Both the position numbers and the translations under genes were made by a program. Below, one piece after another: positions 18,839 through 28,753 of a DNA stretch of 64,000 nt. Numbering within the stretch: position 1 is the first letter of the stretch; every line of letters begins with the position of its first letter. This DNA is from Parvibaculaceae bacterium (GTDB taxonomy: Bacteria; Pseudomonadota; Alphaproteobacteria; JAPOUT01): NCBI GenBank assembly GCA_963457525.1, contig OY734805.1, positions 2,330,900 to 2,394,899 of the forward strand, written 5' to 3'. The notes beneath the pieces are model-generated. The model was not told the DNA's origin, made no database searches, and saw only the letters and a list, made by a program, of their open reading frames with translations.

Positions 18839-19369
18839 ATGCCCCTTTACGAGCATGTATTCATAACCCGCCCGGACCTCTCCGCGCAACAGGCTGAAGG
18901 ACTTATTGAGACCTACGGCAACATCATACGGTCCGGAGGCGGAAACGTTGGTAAGACCGAGTATTGGGGACTGCGAAACCTCGCCTATCGCATCAAGCGG
19001 TACCGCAAGGGTCACTACTCCCTCATGAATTTGGACGCCCCCCACGAGGCGGTCGCGGAGATGGAACGCAAAATGAGACTCTCCAGCGAGGTCATGCGCT
19101 ATCTAACGGTCAGCGTCAATGAGCACGAGGAATCGCCTTCCGCGATGATGCTCAATCAAAACGGACGCGGCTCCCACCGCGAAGATGGCGCGGACGGCGA
19201 GGACGGCATGCATGACGATGTTGTCGGCATGGACGACGACATTCCCGAGGACTTGGCAGATATCGATGGCGGCATGCCCGATGATGTCGCCGGCATCAAC
19301 GACGACATTCCCGAAGGCTCCCCCGAAGACTCCCCCGGAGATCCTGCTGAAACGGAGAAAACGCAATGA
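18839..19369 (+). CDS. rpsF: 30S ribosomal protein S6 with a long acidic repetitive C-terminal extension
   Basis: [15 protein letters not shown]...[12 protein letters not shown]. The C-terminal 70 aa are Asp/Glu-rich repeats. Confidence 0.9.
   Translation: MPLYEHVFITRPDLSAQQAEGLIETYGNIIRSGGGNVGKTEYWGLRNLAYRIKRYRKGHYSLMNLDAPHEAVAEMERKMRLSSEVMRYLTVSVNEHEESPSAMMLNQNGRGSHREDGADGEDGMHDDVVGMDDDIPEDLADIDGGMPDDVAGINDDIPEGSPEDSPGDPAETEKTQ
19205..19316. repeat. Imperfect tandem duplication of about 64 bp within the rpsF 3' region (ggcatgc..gacga(t/c)g..g.cggcat..acgacgacattcccga(g/a)gg)
   Basis: The two units begin at 19205 and 19269, encoding [14 protein letters not shown] and [14 protein letters not shown]. 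Confidence 0.7.
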
Positions 19370-19614
19370 GCGCACCGTCCACGTCCCAGAGATCCTCTTA
19401 CTTTCGCAGGCGGAAGTCCTGCCCGTTTTCTTCAACGCAATCGCCGAAGATCGACTACAAAGATGTGAAACTGCTGCAGAGATTCCTCTCCGAGCGCGGT
19501 AAAATGATTCCGAGTCGCATCTCCGCGGTCTCCGGCAAGAAGCAGCGCGAACTCTCCAACGCAATCAAGCGGGCCCGGTTCCTTGCCCTCCTGCCCTATC
19601 TTGTTAACAAATGA
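19366..19614 (+). CDS. rpsR: 30S ribosomal protein S18
   Basis: RRRKSCPF...[33 protein letters not shown]. Overlaps the rpsF stop. Confidence 0.9.
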   Translation: MSAPSTSQRSSYFRRRKSCPFSSTQSPKIDYKDVKLLQRFLSERGKMIPSRISAVSGKKQRELSNAIKRARFLALLPYLVNK

Positions 19615-20234
19615 AAATCATCCTCCTCGAGCGCATTGCGAAACTTGGACGCACCGGTGACGTTGTCTCCGTGCGGGACGGATACGCACGCAACTTTCTC
19701 CTGCCTCGTCGCCGCGCCATGCGTGCGACCGCAGGCAACATCGCGTCCTTTGAAGCGCGCCGCGAGGAAATAGAAGCGCAAAACCTCAAGGAACAAAGCG
19801 CCGCCGAAGAAGTTGCAGCGACAATCGAAGGCAAAGCCGTCACGTCCATACAGCAAGCCGGCGAGAGCGGCCAATTGTACGGTTCGGTGAATGCGCGCGA
19901 GATTGCGAAATTGCTCGCCTCCGAAGATATCACCGTCAATCACAGCCAAATAATCCTGGATGTTCCCATTAAGATGCTGGGGGTTCATTCTGCCCGGATC
20001 GCCTTGCACGGCGATGTATTCGCAACGGTGCTGGTAAACGCCGCCCGCAGCATTGAGGATGCCGTGCGCCAGATGGAAGCGTGGCGCCGCGGCGAGGTCG
20101 TCGCAACAACGCAAGAGCCCGCCGAAGAGGAAACAACTCCGCCTGAAACGGAGGAGCCGGAGGAGCTGGAAGAGGTAGAAAAAGACAGCAGCATCTTCGA
20201 GAATCAAGAGGCAACTACCCCTCAAACTGTCTAG
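19611..20234 (+). CDS. rplI: 50S ribosomal protein L9 with an acidic C-terminal tail
   Basis: [32 protein letters not shown]. Confidence 0.9.
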   Translation: MKIILLERIAKLGRTGDVVSVRDGYARNFLLPRRRAMRATAGNIASFEARREEIEAQNLKEQSAAEEVAATIEGKAVTSIQQAGESGQLYGSVNAREIAKLLASEDITVNHSQIILDVPIKMLGVHSARIALHGDVFATVLVNAARSIEDAVRQMEAWRRGEVVATTQEPAEEETTPPETEEPEELEEVEKDSSIFENQEATTPQTV

Positions 20235-20262
20235 GGAAAACAAATCGTTTAAGGAGGCTCGG

Positions 20263-21513
20263 ATGGTTTTATTCGCAAGATTTGCCGAGCGGTTAGTTCA
20301 AGACGGCGACCTGCATATCGAAGACGTCGACGGGCGGACATATCGTTTCGGAAACGGCACGGGCACGCGCGTAAAAATCAAAATGCATTCGAAATTGTTC
20401 CCCTGGAAAGTCCTGTTGCATCCGAACATGGCCTTGCCCGAGGGTTATATGAATGGCGAATTCTCCATTGCCGAAGGCGAAATTCGCGACTTGCTGGATT
20501 TGGTAAAGCGCAACGCTGCGCTGAGATACGGCACGAGGCACCGGAAACACTCCGGCTTTACGCAACGTCTGCTGCGCTACATTCTCGAGCACAATCCCGT
20601 GGGGCGGGCGCAGAAAAACGTCAGCCACCACTATGATTTGGACGGCGGCTTATACGACTTGTTCCTGGAAAACGACAAGCAGTATTCCTGCGCTTATTTC
20701 ATTGACCCGGATGCAACCCTGGAAGCGGCGCAAACGGCAAAGAAACGCCACCTCGCATCAAAATTGCGCATTGAGCCGGGTCATCGCGTCTTGGACATCG
20801 GCTGCGGATGGGGCGGGCTGGCAATTTATCTTGCGCAGCAAACCGGCGCAAAAATTTTGGGCGTAACCCTAAGTCGCGAACAGCACAAAATAGCGTCCGA
20901 GCGCGTCAGGCAAATGGGACTGGATGAGCAAATCGAGATCCGTCTGCAAGATTATCGCGAAGTGGAAGAGCGCTTCGATCGCATCGTTTCGGTGGGAATG
21001 TTCGAGCATGTCGGCGTCAAACACTACGGCGAGTTCTTCAATACGGTCTACCGGCGTCTCGAAGACGACGGCGTCGCCCTCCTCCATACCATCGGCCGTC
21101 TCGGCTGTCCGCAGATGACGCATCCGTGGATTCGCAAATATATCTTCCCCGGAGGCTCCCTGCCCTCCCTGAGCCAGATGGTTCCTTACATTGAAGCCTC
21201 GGGCCTGCTCACCTGCGATGTCGAAATCCTGCGACTCCATTACGCAAAAACCCTTGAGCACTGGGCCGCGCGCTTTAAGGCAAACAGAAACAAGGCCAGA
21301 CAATTGTATGACGAACGGTTTTGTCGAATGTGGGAGGTTTATTTGTTGTCGTGCATCTTCGCGTTCCATTATGATTATCTTGCGAACTTTCAGGTTCAGA
21401 TGACGAAACGCCTGGATACGCTGCCGCTATGCCGCGACTATATGCTCGATTGGGAGCGCGCCGAAGCGGGCGCAGACGTGGAAAGGCCCTTCTTGGCCAG
21501 GCAAAGCGGTTAG
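20263..21513 (+). CDS. cfa: Cyclopropane-fatty-acyl-phospholipid synthase (SAM-dependent)
   Basis: HYDLDGGLYDLFLENDKQYSCAYF...VLDIGCGWGGLAIYLAQQTGAKILGVTLS. Confidence 0.85.
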   Translation: MVLFARFAERLVQDGDLHIEDVDGRTYRFGNGTGTRVKIKMHSKLFPWKVLLHPNMALPEGYMNGEFSIAEGEIRDLLDLVKRNAALRYGTRHRKHSGFTQRLLRYILEHNPVGRAQKNVSHHYDLDGGLYDLFLENDKQYSCAYFIDPDATLEAAQTAKKRHLASKLRIEPGHRVLDIGCGWGGLAIYLAQQTGAKILGVTLSREQHKIASERVRQMGLDEQIEIRLQDYREVEERFDRIVSVGMFEHVGVKHYGEFFNTVYRRLEDDGVALLHTIGRLGCPQMTHPWIRKYIFPGGSLPSLSQMVPYIEASGLLTCDVEILRLHYAKTLEHWAARFKANRNKARQLYDERFCRMWEVYLLSCIFAFHYDYLANFQVQMTKRLDTLPLCRDYMLDWERAEAGADVERPFLARQSG

Positions 21514-21522
21514 GATGTAGGC

Positions 21523-22989
21523 GTGGCGGACTCAAAAACATCCCTGGAAACAGAAGAAGCCGTGGAAAGTGGATTTCCTCGCAATATTGAGGTGGAGCAG
21601 GCCCTGTTGGGAGCAATTCTCATTAACAATAATGCGATGGACAGAGTATCGGATTTTTTAGATGAGCATCATTTCTTTGATCCTTTGCATGGGCGGATTT
21701 ATGCCACTGCCCAACAATTGATTGAGAGGGGGGATATAGCATCACCGGGAATTTTAAGTTCATTTCTTAGCGATGATGGTGGTTTCAAAGAAATGGGCGG
21801 CATAGAGTACCTCAAAAACCTGATAGAATCGGCAGTGACTGTCATCAACGCCGAGCAATATGGCCGTTTTATTTATGACCTTGCCTTACGTCGCATGCTT
21901 ATACTTGCGAGTAAGGATATTTATACATTGGCACATGAAGCTCCCGTAGATATCACTCCTGTGGAGCAGGTGGAACGTGCCGAAAAATCTCTTTACGATA
22001 TTATCGAGCGTGAGCGTTATGCTCGAGGTTTCACTGATTTTAAAACCGTTGCAACAAAAGCGGTCAATATGGCTTCGAGTGCCAAGGAACGCGATAGCGG
22101 ACTTCCGGGGCTTTCTACGGGCATTACGGCGTTGGATAACAAACTGGGTGGATTACAGTCATCGGATTTGATTGTGCTGGCAGGACGCCCATCAATGGGC
22201 AAGAGTGCGCTGGCAACAAACATCGCTTTCCATGTTGCTAAAACTGCAATGGAAAAACACGATGATGATGGCGGAACTGTCGGCTTTTTCTCCTTGGAAA
22301 TGTCTGCCGAGCAAGTAGCCTTGCGGATTCTCGCCGAACGTTCCGCCATTCCCTCTGACCGCATTCGTCGTGGAGATATCACTGATGATGAATTCAGGCG
22401 AATCGCTGAAGTGAGCCGAGATCTGCAACCCCTGCCCCTTTATATTGATCACACAGGGGCAATTCCAATCACAACTCTCACAGCTCGAGCGCGTCGATTG
22501 AAGCGTGAGAACGACCTCAAACTCATTGTCGTGGATTATTTACAGTTGGCAACGGTCGACAAACGTCGTAGCAGCGATGGTCGAGTTCAGGAGATCGCCG
22601 AGATTACACAATCGTTAAAAGCGCTGGCGAAGCAGTTGGATATTCCGGTGTTGGCGTTGTCTCAATTATCTAGACAAGTCGAAAGTCGCGAGGATAAACG
22701 TCCGCAGCTCTCCGACCTGCGCGAGTCCGGTGCAATTGAGCAAGACGCGGACGTCGTGCTGTTTATTTATCGCGAGCAGTATTATCTGGAACAGACGCAA
22801 CCCGAAGAGGGAACTACGGAACATGCAAAGTGGCGCGAGAAGATGGAGCGTGCGTACGGGTTGGCAGAGGTGCTAGTATCGAAGCAACGACATGGTCCTA
22901 CCGGAATGGTTCGCTTGCAGTTTCAGGCTGATGTCACGCGCTTTAGCGATCTTGCTTCTTCGTCGCATACTCCCGAAGCAAACTATTGA
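21523..22989 (+). CDS. dnaB: Replicative DNA helicase DnaB
   Basis: IEVEQALLGAILINNNAMD N-terminal domain and the Walker A motif LIVLAGRPSMGKSALATNIAF. GTG start. Confidence 0.9.
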   Translation: MADSKTSLETEEAVESGFPRNIEVEQALLGAILINNNAMDRVSDFLDEHHFFDPLHGRIYATAQQLIERGDIASPGILSSFLSDDGGFKEMGGIEYLKNLIESAVTVINAEQYGRFIYDLALRRMLILASKDIYTLAHEAPVDITPVEQVERAEKSLYDIIERERYARGFTDFKTVATKAVNMASSAKERDSGLPGLSTGITALDNKLGGLQSSDLIVLAGRPSMGKSALATNIAFHVAKTAMEKHDDDGGTVGFFSLEMSAEQVALRILAERSAIPSDRIRRGDITDDEFRRIAEVSRDLQPLPLYIDHTGAIPITTLTARARRLKRENDLKLIVVDYLQLATVDKRRSSDGRVQEIAEITQSLKALAKQLDIPVLALSQLSRQVESREDKRPQLSDLRESGAIEQDADVVLFIYREQYYLEQTQPEEGTTEHAKWREKMERAYGLAEVLVSKQRHGPTGMVRLQFQADVTRFSDLASSSHTPEANY

Positions 22990-22995
22990 GTTTGA

Positions 22996-23769
22996 TTGAT
23001 GCGCTTTGTCATATTGCTCGGTGACACGATTTTGTCCGCGTTTCGGGAAACCGGGCGTATCTGCGTGTTTTTGTCGAAATCCCTGTTTTTAGGAGTTCAG
23101 CCGCCATACTTTTGGAGGCTCCTGCTGTCGCAAATGTTTCGGATTGGATATTTGTCGCTTCCGGTGGTGGCGCTGACGTCGTTCTTCACCGGGGCGGTTT
23201 TAGCGTTGCAGATTTACTACGGAGGCAACCAATTCAATTCGGAATCAATAATTGCCTCGATAGTTGCGCTGGGAATTACGCGGGAGCTGGGGCCCGTGCT
23301 GGCCGGCCTGATGGTTGCAGGACGCGTGTCCGCCGCAATAGCCGCGGAGCTGGGGACGATGCGCGTGACCGACCAGATAGACGCGCTGATAACACTCTCA
23401 ACCAATCCGTTCAAATATCTGGTAATGCCGAGAATACTCGCCGCCGTGCTGGTTTTGCCGCTGTTGACGATGGTCGCCGATGTGATTGGAATCCTGGGGG
23501 GCTTCGCCGTCGGCGTGGAAAATTTGGGCTTCAACCCCTCAATTTACGTTCAAAACACGGTGGATTTCCTTGAGATCGACGACATCACCTCGGGAATGAT
23601 CAAGTCGGCGGTGTTTGGATTCCTGATAACGGCGATGGGTTGTTACTACGGATTTCATTCACGCGGCGGCGCGCAAGGAGTCGGGCGCGCGACAACGAAT
23701 GCGGTTGTCGCCTCCTCGATTTTGATTTTGGCGTCCAACTACATACTCACTTCGGTATTCTTCTCGTGA
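22996..23769 (+). CDS. mlaE: Phospholipid ABC transporter permease MlaE
   Basis: MlaE/Ttg2B-like TM protein (FRIGYLSLPVVALTSFFTGAVLALQ). Confidence 0.85.
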   Translation: MMRFVILLGDTILSAFRETGRICVFLSKSLFLGVQPPYFWRLLLSQMFRIGYLSLPVVALTSFFTGAVLALQIYYGGNQFNSESIIASIVALGITRELGPVLAGLMVAGRVSAAIAAELGTMRVTDQIDALITLSTNPFKYLVMPRILAAVLVLPLLTMVADVIGILGGFAVGVENLGFNPSIYVQNTVDFLEIDDITSGMIKSAVFGFLITAMGCYYGFHSRGGAQGVGRATTNAVVASSILILASNYILTSVFFS

Positions 23770-23779
23770 GAGGTGCATA

Positions 23780-24547
23780 ATGGCTTTCATGGAATTAAAA
23801 GACCTTCACAAGCGTTTCGGCGAAAAGATTGTGCTCGACGGCATTGACCTGACGGTGGAGCGGGGCTCAAGCCTGGTGATATTGGGAGGCTCGGGTTCGG
23901 GAAAATCGGTGATGCTGCGCTGCATTCTCGGATTGTTTCATCCCGAGAGCGGCAGCGTATGGATCGACGGACGCGAGACGACCCGTCTGCGCGGACGCGC
24001 CCGCGAAGAAGTTCTCTCGCGCATCGGGATGCTGTTTCAAAACGCGGCCTTGTTTGACAGTTTGCGTGTCTGGGAGAATGTCGCGTTCGGATTGATGCAG
24101 GGGCGCGGAATGCCGGCGCGGGATGCCAAGAAGATTGCTATCGAAAAGCTGGAAAGCGTCGGCTTGGGAGAATCGGTCGGCGAACTGCGCCCGTCCGAAC
24201 TCTCCGGCGGGATGCAGAAGCGCGTCGCATTGGCGCGCGCGATTGCCGGCGACCCGGACATTTTATTTTTCGACGAGCCGACCACCGGCCTGGATCCCAT
24301 CACCGGCGCCATCATTGACCGTTTGATCGTCGATACCGTCAAACGCGTCGGCGCAACGGCGCTCTCGATAACCCACGATATCAACAGCGCGCGCACGATT
24401 GCAGACAAAATTGCGATGCTGTACAAAGGGCGCATCCTCTGGCACGGCGAAGCGGCGCGGTTGAACGAAAGCGGCAACGAATATGTCGACCAGTTCGTTC
24501 ACGGACGCACCGAAGGACCGATAGAAATGGAGCTGTATAAATCATGA
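23780..24547 (+). CDS. mlaF: Phospholipid ABC transporter ATP-binding protein MlaF
   Basis: Walker A GGSGSGKS, signature LSGGMQKRVALARA, Walker B ILFFDEP. Confidence 0.85.
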   Translation: MAFMELKDLHKRFGEKIVLDGIDLTVERGSSLVILGGSGSGKSVMLRCILGLFHPESGSVWIDGRETTRLRGRAREEVLSRIGMLFQNAALFDSLRVWENVAFGLMQGRGMPARDAKKIAIEKLESVGLGESVGELRPSELSGGMQKRVALARAIAGDPDILFFDEPTTGLDPITGAIIDRLIVDTVKRVGATALSITHDINSARTIADKIAMLYKGRILWHGEAARLNESGNEYVDQFVHGRTEGPIEMELYKS

Positions 24548-25947
24548 GCGCCAAACGTTATGTATGCGGCTCGTGCGGCGCCGTGGCGAGCAAGTGGAGC
24601 GGCCAGTGCAACGCATGCGGCGTATGGAACGAGATGCGCGAGGAAGTGGTTCGTCCGGGCTCCGGCAAGGCGAGTCTCCAGCGCGCCGAAGAGTTTGCCC
24701 TTTCGGACATGCGCGCATGGGAAAAGGACCCCGACCGGCTCATGACCGGCATCGGCGAGTTCGACCGCGCCTGCGGAGGAGGACTGGTTGCGGGCTCGCT
24801 GCTGCTGATCGCCGGGGACCCGGGGATAGGCAAATCGACGCTGATGTTGCAGACGGCTTCGCATTTGCGCCGCAGCGGAAAGAATTGCGCCTATATCTCC
24901 GGCGAGGAATCCGTCTCGCAGATACGCCTGCGCGCAAGGCGCCTGGGTTTGGAGGATGTTGACCTGCCCCTGGCCGCCGCGACGCATTTGGAAGCGATAC
25001 TGGCAACGCTGGAATCCGCGAATGTCGAGGTCGTGATATTGGATTCGATACAGACAATGTGGCTGCGCGGCGTTGATGCGGCCGCCGGATCCTTGCTGCA
25101 AATGCGCTCCTGCGTCCAGTCAATGCTGGAGTTTGCAAAACGCACGAATGCAGTGATATTGTTGGTGGGTCATATCACGAAGGACGGACAGATTGCCGGA
25201 CCCAAGGCAATTGAGCATATGGTGGATGTTGTGATGTATTTTGAGGGGGAACGAGGTCATTCGTTCCGCATTTTACGAGTGTTGAAGAATCGCCACGGCG
25301 CGATCGACGAGATCGGCGTGTTTACAATGGAGCCGCACGGGCTGATCGAAGTATCGAACCCGTCCGCGTTCTTTTTGGGAGACATGGGCGAGAACGACGA
25401 AGACGCCTACGGCGTCGCCGCGTTCGCAACAATTGAAGGACGCCGCCCTTTGCTGACCCAGGTGCAGGCGCTGGTTGCGAGATCTTCGTTGGCGACGCCC
25501 CGGCGCGCGACGGTCGGATGCAATGCGGCAAGACTGGCAATGATACTCGCGGTGATGGATACCCATTGCAGCGTGTCGCTGCACGCGCATGACATCTACC
25601 TGAATATTGCCGGAGGCTTGCAGATAGGAGAGCCCGCGATGGACCTGGCCATGGCCGCGGCATTGTTTTCGTCGCTGCGCAGAACCCCCCTGCCCTCGGA
25701 GTGGGTTTTCTTCGGCGAGATAAGCCTGTCGGGAGGGGTTCGTCCGACACCGAGGGCGCAGGCGCGCCTCAAGGAGGCGGAAAAACTGGGATTCAGCGAC
25801 GCCGTGATACCCGCCCGCGCCGAGATCCCGAAAGAATCAAGCGGCTTGCGGATTCACCGCATCGCCCACTTGCGCGAGCTGGGCGCCCTTGAGCCGATGC
25901 GCATAACGCCCGCGCCTCCGCAGGCAAGAAGGGTGGCGGAAGCATGA
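24544..25947 (+). CDS. radA: DNA repair protein RadA (Sms)
   Basis: N-terminal zinc finger YVCGSCGAVASKWSGQCNACGVWN, Walker A GDPGIGKST, KNRHG motif and a Lon-like C-terminus. Confidence 0.9.
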   Translation: MSAKRYVCGSCGAVASKWSGQCNACGVWNEMREEVVRPGSGKASLQRAEEFALSDMRAWEKDPDRLMTGIGEFDRACGGGLVAGSLLLIAGDPGIGKSTLMLQTASHLRRSGKNCAYISGEESVSQIRLRARRLGLEDVDLPLAAATHLEAILATLESANVEVVILDSIQTMWLRGVDAAAGSLLQMRSCVQSMLEFAKRTNAVILLVGHITKDGQIAGPKAIEHMVDVVMYFEGERGHSFRILRVLKNRHGAIDEIGVFTMEPHGLIEVSNPSAFFLGDMGENDEDAYGVAAFATIEGRRPLLTQVQALVARSSLATPRRATVGCNAARLAMILAVMDTHCSVSLHAHDIYLNIAGGLQIGEPAMDLAMAAALFSSLRRTPLPSEWVFFGEISLSGGVRPTPRAQARLKEAEKLGFSDAVIPARAEIPKESSGLRIHRIAHLRELGALEPMRITPAPPQARRVAEA

Positions 25948-26597
25948 CCGCGTCTTTTGTCGATATCTTCATCCTGATTGTGATGGGCATATTCGCGGTG
26001 CTGGGGGTGCAGCGCGGATTCACCCGCAAGATGGTATCGCTGCTTGCCTGGACAAGCGCGGCGCTTGCGGCGCTGTGGGGGTTTCAACCGCTCGGGGATT
26101 GGTTGTCGAACTACCTCGCACCGTTGTGGTTCGCGCATGCGGCCGCGGCGTTCGCGATATTCATTTCCGTGCTGTCAGCGATTTTGAGCGTGGGATACGG
26201 ATTGTCCCTCGGCTTGCGCAGCAGTTCGGTGGGGATTTTGGACAGGGGCTTGGGATTGTTGTTTGGATTGGTGCAGGGACTTGTCGTGGTCTCGGTGCTG
26301 TATCTGGGCATCATATGGCTGTCGAACAGCGACAAGCACCCCGAATGGCTGGGGCAGGCTCGACTGCTGCCCGTGGTCCAGAGCGTGTCGCTGCTGTTGT
26401 GGAAGGGGGCAATTGCAGTTTCCTCCGTGGAAGAGATATGGCCGAATTTGCGTTTTGATCCGTCCGTCCTGCCGATCTTGGCGCCGGAAGAGATTCCCAT
26501 CGATTCAACGGAACAGATATTGGAGGAAGGCGGTTATGACGAAAGCGACCGCAAGGAAATTGACAGGCTTCTTAACAGTTTCGAGGGGGACAATTAA
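25944..26597 (+). CDS. cvpA: CvpA family (colicin V production) membrane protein
   Basis: VDIFILIVMGIFAVLGVQRGFTRKMVSLLAW. Conserved synteny upstream of purF. Confidence 0.85.
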   Translation: MTASFVDIFILIVMGIFAVLGVQRGFTRKMVSLLAWTSAALAALWGFQPLGDWLSNYLAPLWFAHAAAAFAIFISVLSAILSVGYGLSLGLRSSSVGILDRGLGLLFGLVQGLVVVSVLYLGIIWLSNSDKHPEWLGQARLLPVVQSVSLLLWKGAIAVSSVEEIWPNLRFDPSVLPILAPEEIPIDSTEQILEEGGYDESDRKEIDRLLNSFEGDN

Positions 26598-28030
26598 TGT
26601 CGGAAGACTTGCGGGAAAATTGCGGCGTGTTTGGAATCTTCGACCATGAGGACGCTTCCGCGCTGACGGCGCTGGGCCTGCATGCGCTGCAGCATCGCGG
26701 ACAGGAAGCGGTCGGAATTGTTTCGTTTGACGGTTCGCAGTTTTTTGCCGAACGGAAATTGGGACTGGTCGGCGACCATTTCTCGAATCCGAACGTGATA
26801 GCCCGCTTGTCCGGCTCAAGCGCGATCGGACATGTCCGTTATGCAACCACGGGAAACACGGCGCTGCGGAACATACAGCCCCTGTTCGCCGACCTCTGGG
26901 GAGGCGGATTGGCGTGCGCGCACAACGGCAATCTCACCAACAGCCGCAGGCTTCGCTCGGAGCTGGTTCGCGCCGGGGCGATATTCCAGTCGACGTCCGA
27001 CACGGAAACGATATTGCAATTGATTGCGCGTGACAGGAGCCCCCGGACGATTGAACGTTTGATCGGAGCGTTGCACCAGATTGAAGGGGCGTTTGCGCTG
27101 GTGTTTCTGACGACAAAGAAATTGATAGGCGTTCGCGACCCCCACGGCATTCGCCCGCTGGTATTGGGGAATTTAAACGGTGCGCCGATTTTAACCTCGG
27201 AGACATGCGCGCTGGACATCATCGGCGCCAAATTCGAGCGGGAAATCGACCCCGGCGAAGTCGTTGTGATAACCGAGGACGGCATCGAAAGCTTGAAGCC
27301 GTTCCAGCCGAAGCATCCGCGCCCTTGCATTTTTGAGCGCATATATTTTGCAAGGCCGGACAGCATCGTGGACGGCAAGAGCATTTATGATTATCGCCAT
27401 GCGCTGGGACGCGAGCTCGCGCAGGAAACTTCCTTTGAGGCGGACGTTGTGATTCCCGTTCCCGATTCCGGCGTCCCCGCGGCGATAGGTTATGCAATAA
27501 CGGCAAACCTGCCGTTCGAGTTGGGGATTATCCGCAACCACTATGTCGGACGCACATTCATCCAGCCGACGCAAAAAATCCGCGAACTCGGCGTTCGTTT
27601 GAAACACAACATCAACCGCTCGCGCGTGAACGGAAAGCGGGTCGTGCTGATAGACGACAGCATCGTTCGCGGAACGACTTCGGTGAAACTGGTTCGGATG
27701 ATGTATGAAGCCGGCGCCAGGGAGGTGCATCTTTGCGTGGCGTCTCCGCCGATATGCCATCCGGACTTTTACGGCATTGACACGCCCTTGAAAGAGGAAT
27801 TGCTGGCATCCCGGTATTCGCTCGACGAGATGCGCGATTTCATCGGCGCCGATTCGCTAACCTTCCTCTCGCTGGAAGGAATGTATCGCGCGATGGGAAT
27901 GGAATCGCGCAATGTCGACCGCCCGCAGTTTGCGGACCATTGTTTCACGGGCGACTACCCCACCCGTTTGGTGGACGAAACTTATGACCGCCACCAGGAC
28001 CAGCTGTCGCTCTTGACGGAGAGCGCCTGA
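26597..28030 (+). CDS. purF: Amidophosphoribosyltransferase
   Basis: MSEDLRENCGVFGIFDHEDAS...GLHALQHRGQEAVGI (N-terminal Cys nucleophile after Met). Confidence 0.9.
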   Translation: MSEDLRENCGVFGIFDHEDASALTALGLHALQHRGQEAVGIVSFDGSQFFAERKLGLVGDHFSNPNVIARLSGSSAIGHVRYATTGNTALRNIQPLFADLWGGGLACAHNGNLTNSRRLRSELVRAGAIFQSTSDTETILQLIARDRSPRTIERLIGALHQIEGAFALVFLTTKKLIGVRDPHGIRPLVLGNLNGAPILTSETCALDIIGAKFEREIDPGEVVVITEDGIESLKPFQPKHPRPCIFERIYFARPDSIVDGKSIYDYRHALGRELAQETSFEADVVIPVPDSGVPAAIGYAITANLPFELGIIRNHYVGRTFIQPTQKIRELGVRLKHNINRSRVNGKRVVLIDDSIVRGTTSVKLVRMMYEAGAREVHLCVASPPICHPDFYGIDTPLKEELLASRYSLDEMRDFIGADSLTFLSLEGMYRAMGMESRNVDRPQFADHCFTGDYPTRLVDETYDRHQDQLSLLTESA

Positions 28031-28033
28031 GTC

Positions 28034-28753
28034 GTGGAGGAGCGTTTGGATGGCCGTGTCGCGCTGGTGACGGGCGCATCGCGCGGAATAGGCCGGGCGG
28101 CGGCGATGGCTTTAGCGGGGGCCGGAGCGCATGTGATAGCGGTTGCGCGCACGGTCGGGGCGCTCGAGGAACTGGATGACGATGTTCGCGCACTGGGCGC
28201 AAGCAACGGCGTGACGATTGTGCCGCTGGATTTATCCGACAGCAAAGCCATTGACCGCCTCGGCGCGGAAGTGTTCGAGCGTTGGGGCAAATTGGACATT
28301 CTGGTCGGTAATGCCGGACGCCTGGGGGTGCTCTCGCCGCTGGGGCATATTCCCGCGGATGAATGGACGCGCACGCTCGAAGTCAATGTCACGGCAAATT
28401 GGCGCTTGATACGCGCGTTTGATTCGCTCTTGCGCCTGTCCGATGCGGGACGGGCGATATTCGTGACTTCGGGGGCGGCGCAAAAATGCCGCGCCTATTG
28501 GGGGGTGTATTCGGTCTCAAAAGCCGCCTTGGACGCGGTGGTGATGAGTTGGGTCGCGGAAACGCGCGATCTGCCGCTGCGGATCAACCTGATAAGCCCC
28601 GGACCGGTTCGCACGGCAATGCGCGCGCAAGCAATGCCGGGCGAGGATGCCGCACGCCTCCCCTCCCCCGAAGACATCGCGCCGTTGTTTTTAAAACTCG
28701 CCCTGCCCTCGTGCGACTTGCACGGAGAAACCCTGCACGGAGGTCAGGCGTAG
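28034..28753 (+). CDS. Short-chain dehydrogenase/reductase (SDR) family oxidoreductase
   Basis: VALVTGASRGIGRAAA Rossmann motif and YSVSKAALDA catalytic YxxxK. GTG or TTG start. Confidence 0.8.
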   Translation: MEERLDGRVALVTGASRGIGRAAAMALAGAGAHVIAVARTVGALEELDDDVRALGASNGVTIVPLDLSDSKAIDRLGAEVFERWGKLDILVGNAGRLGVLSPLGHIPADEWTRTLEVNVTANWRLIRAFDSLLRLSDAGRAIFVTSGAAQKCRAYWGVYSVSKAALDAVVMSWVAETRDLPLRINLISPGPVRTAMRAQAMPGEDAARLPSPEDIAPLFLKLALPSCDLHGETLHGGQA

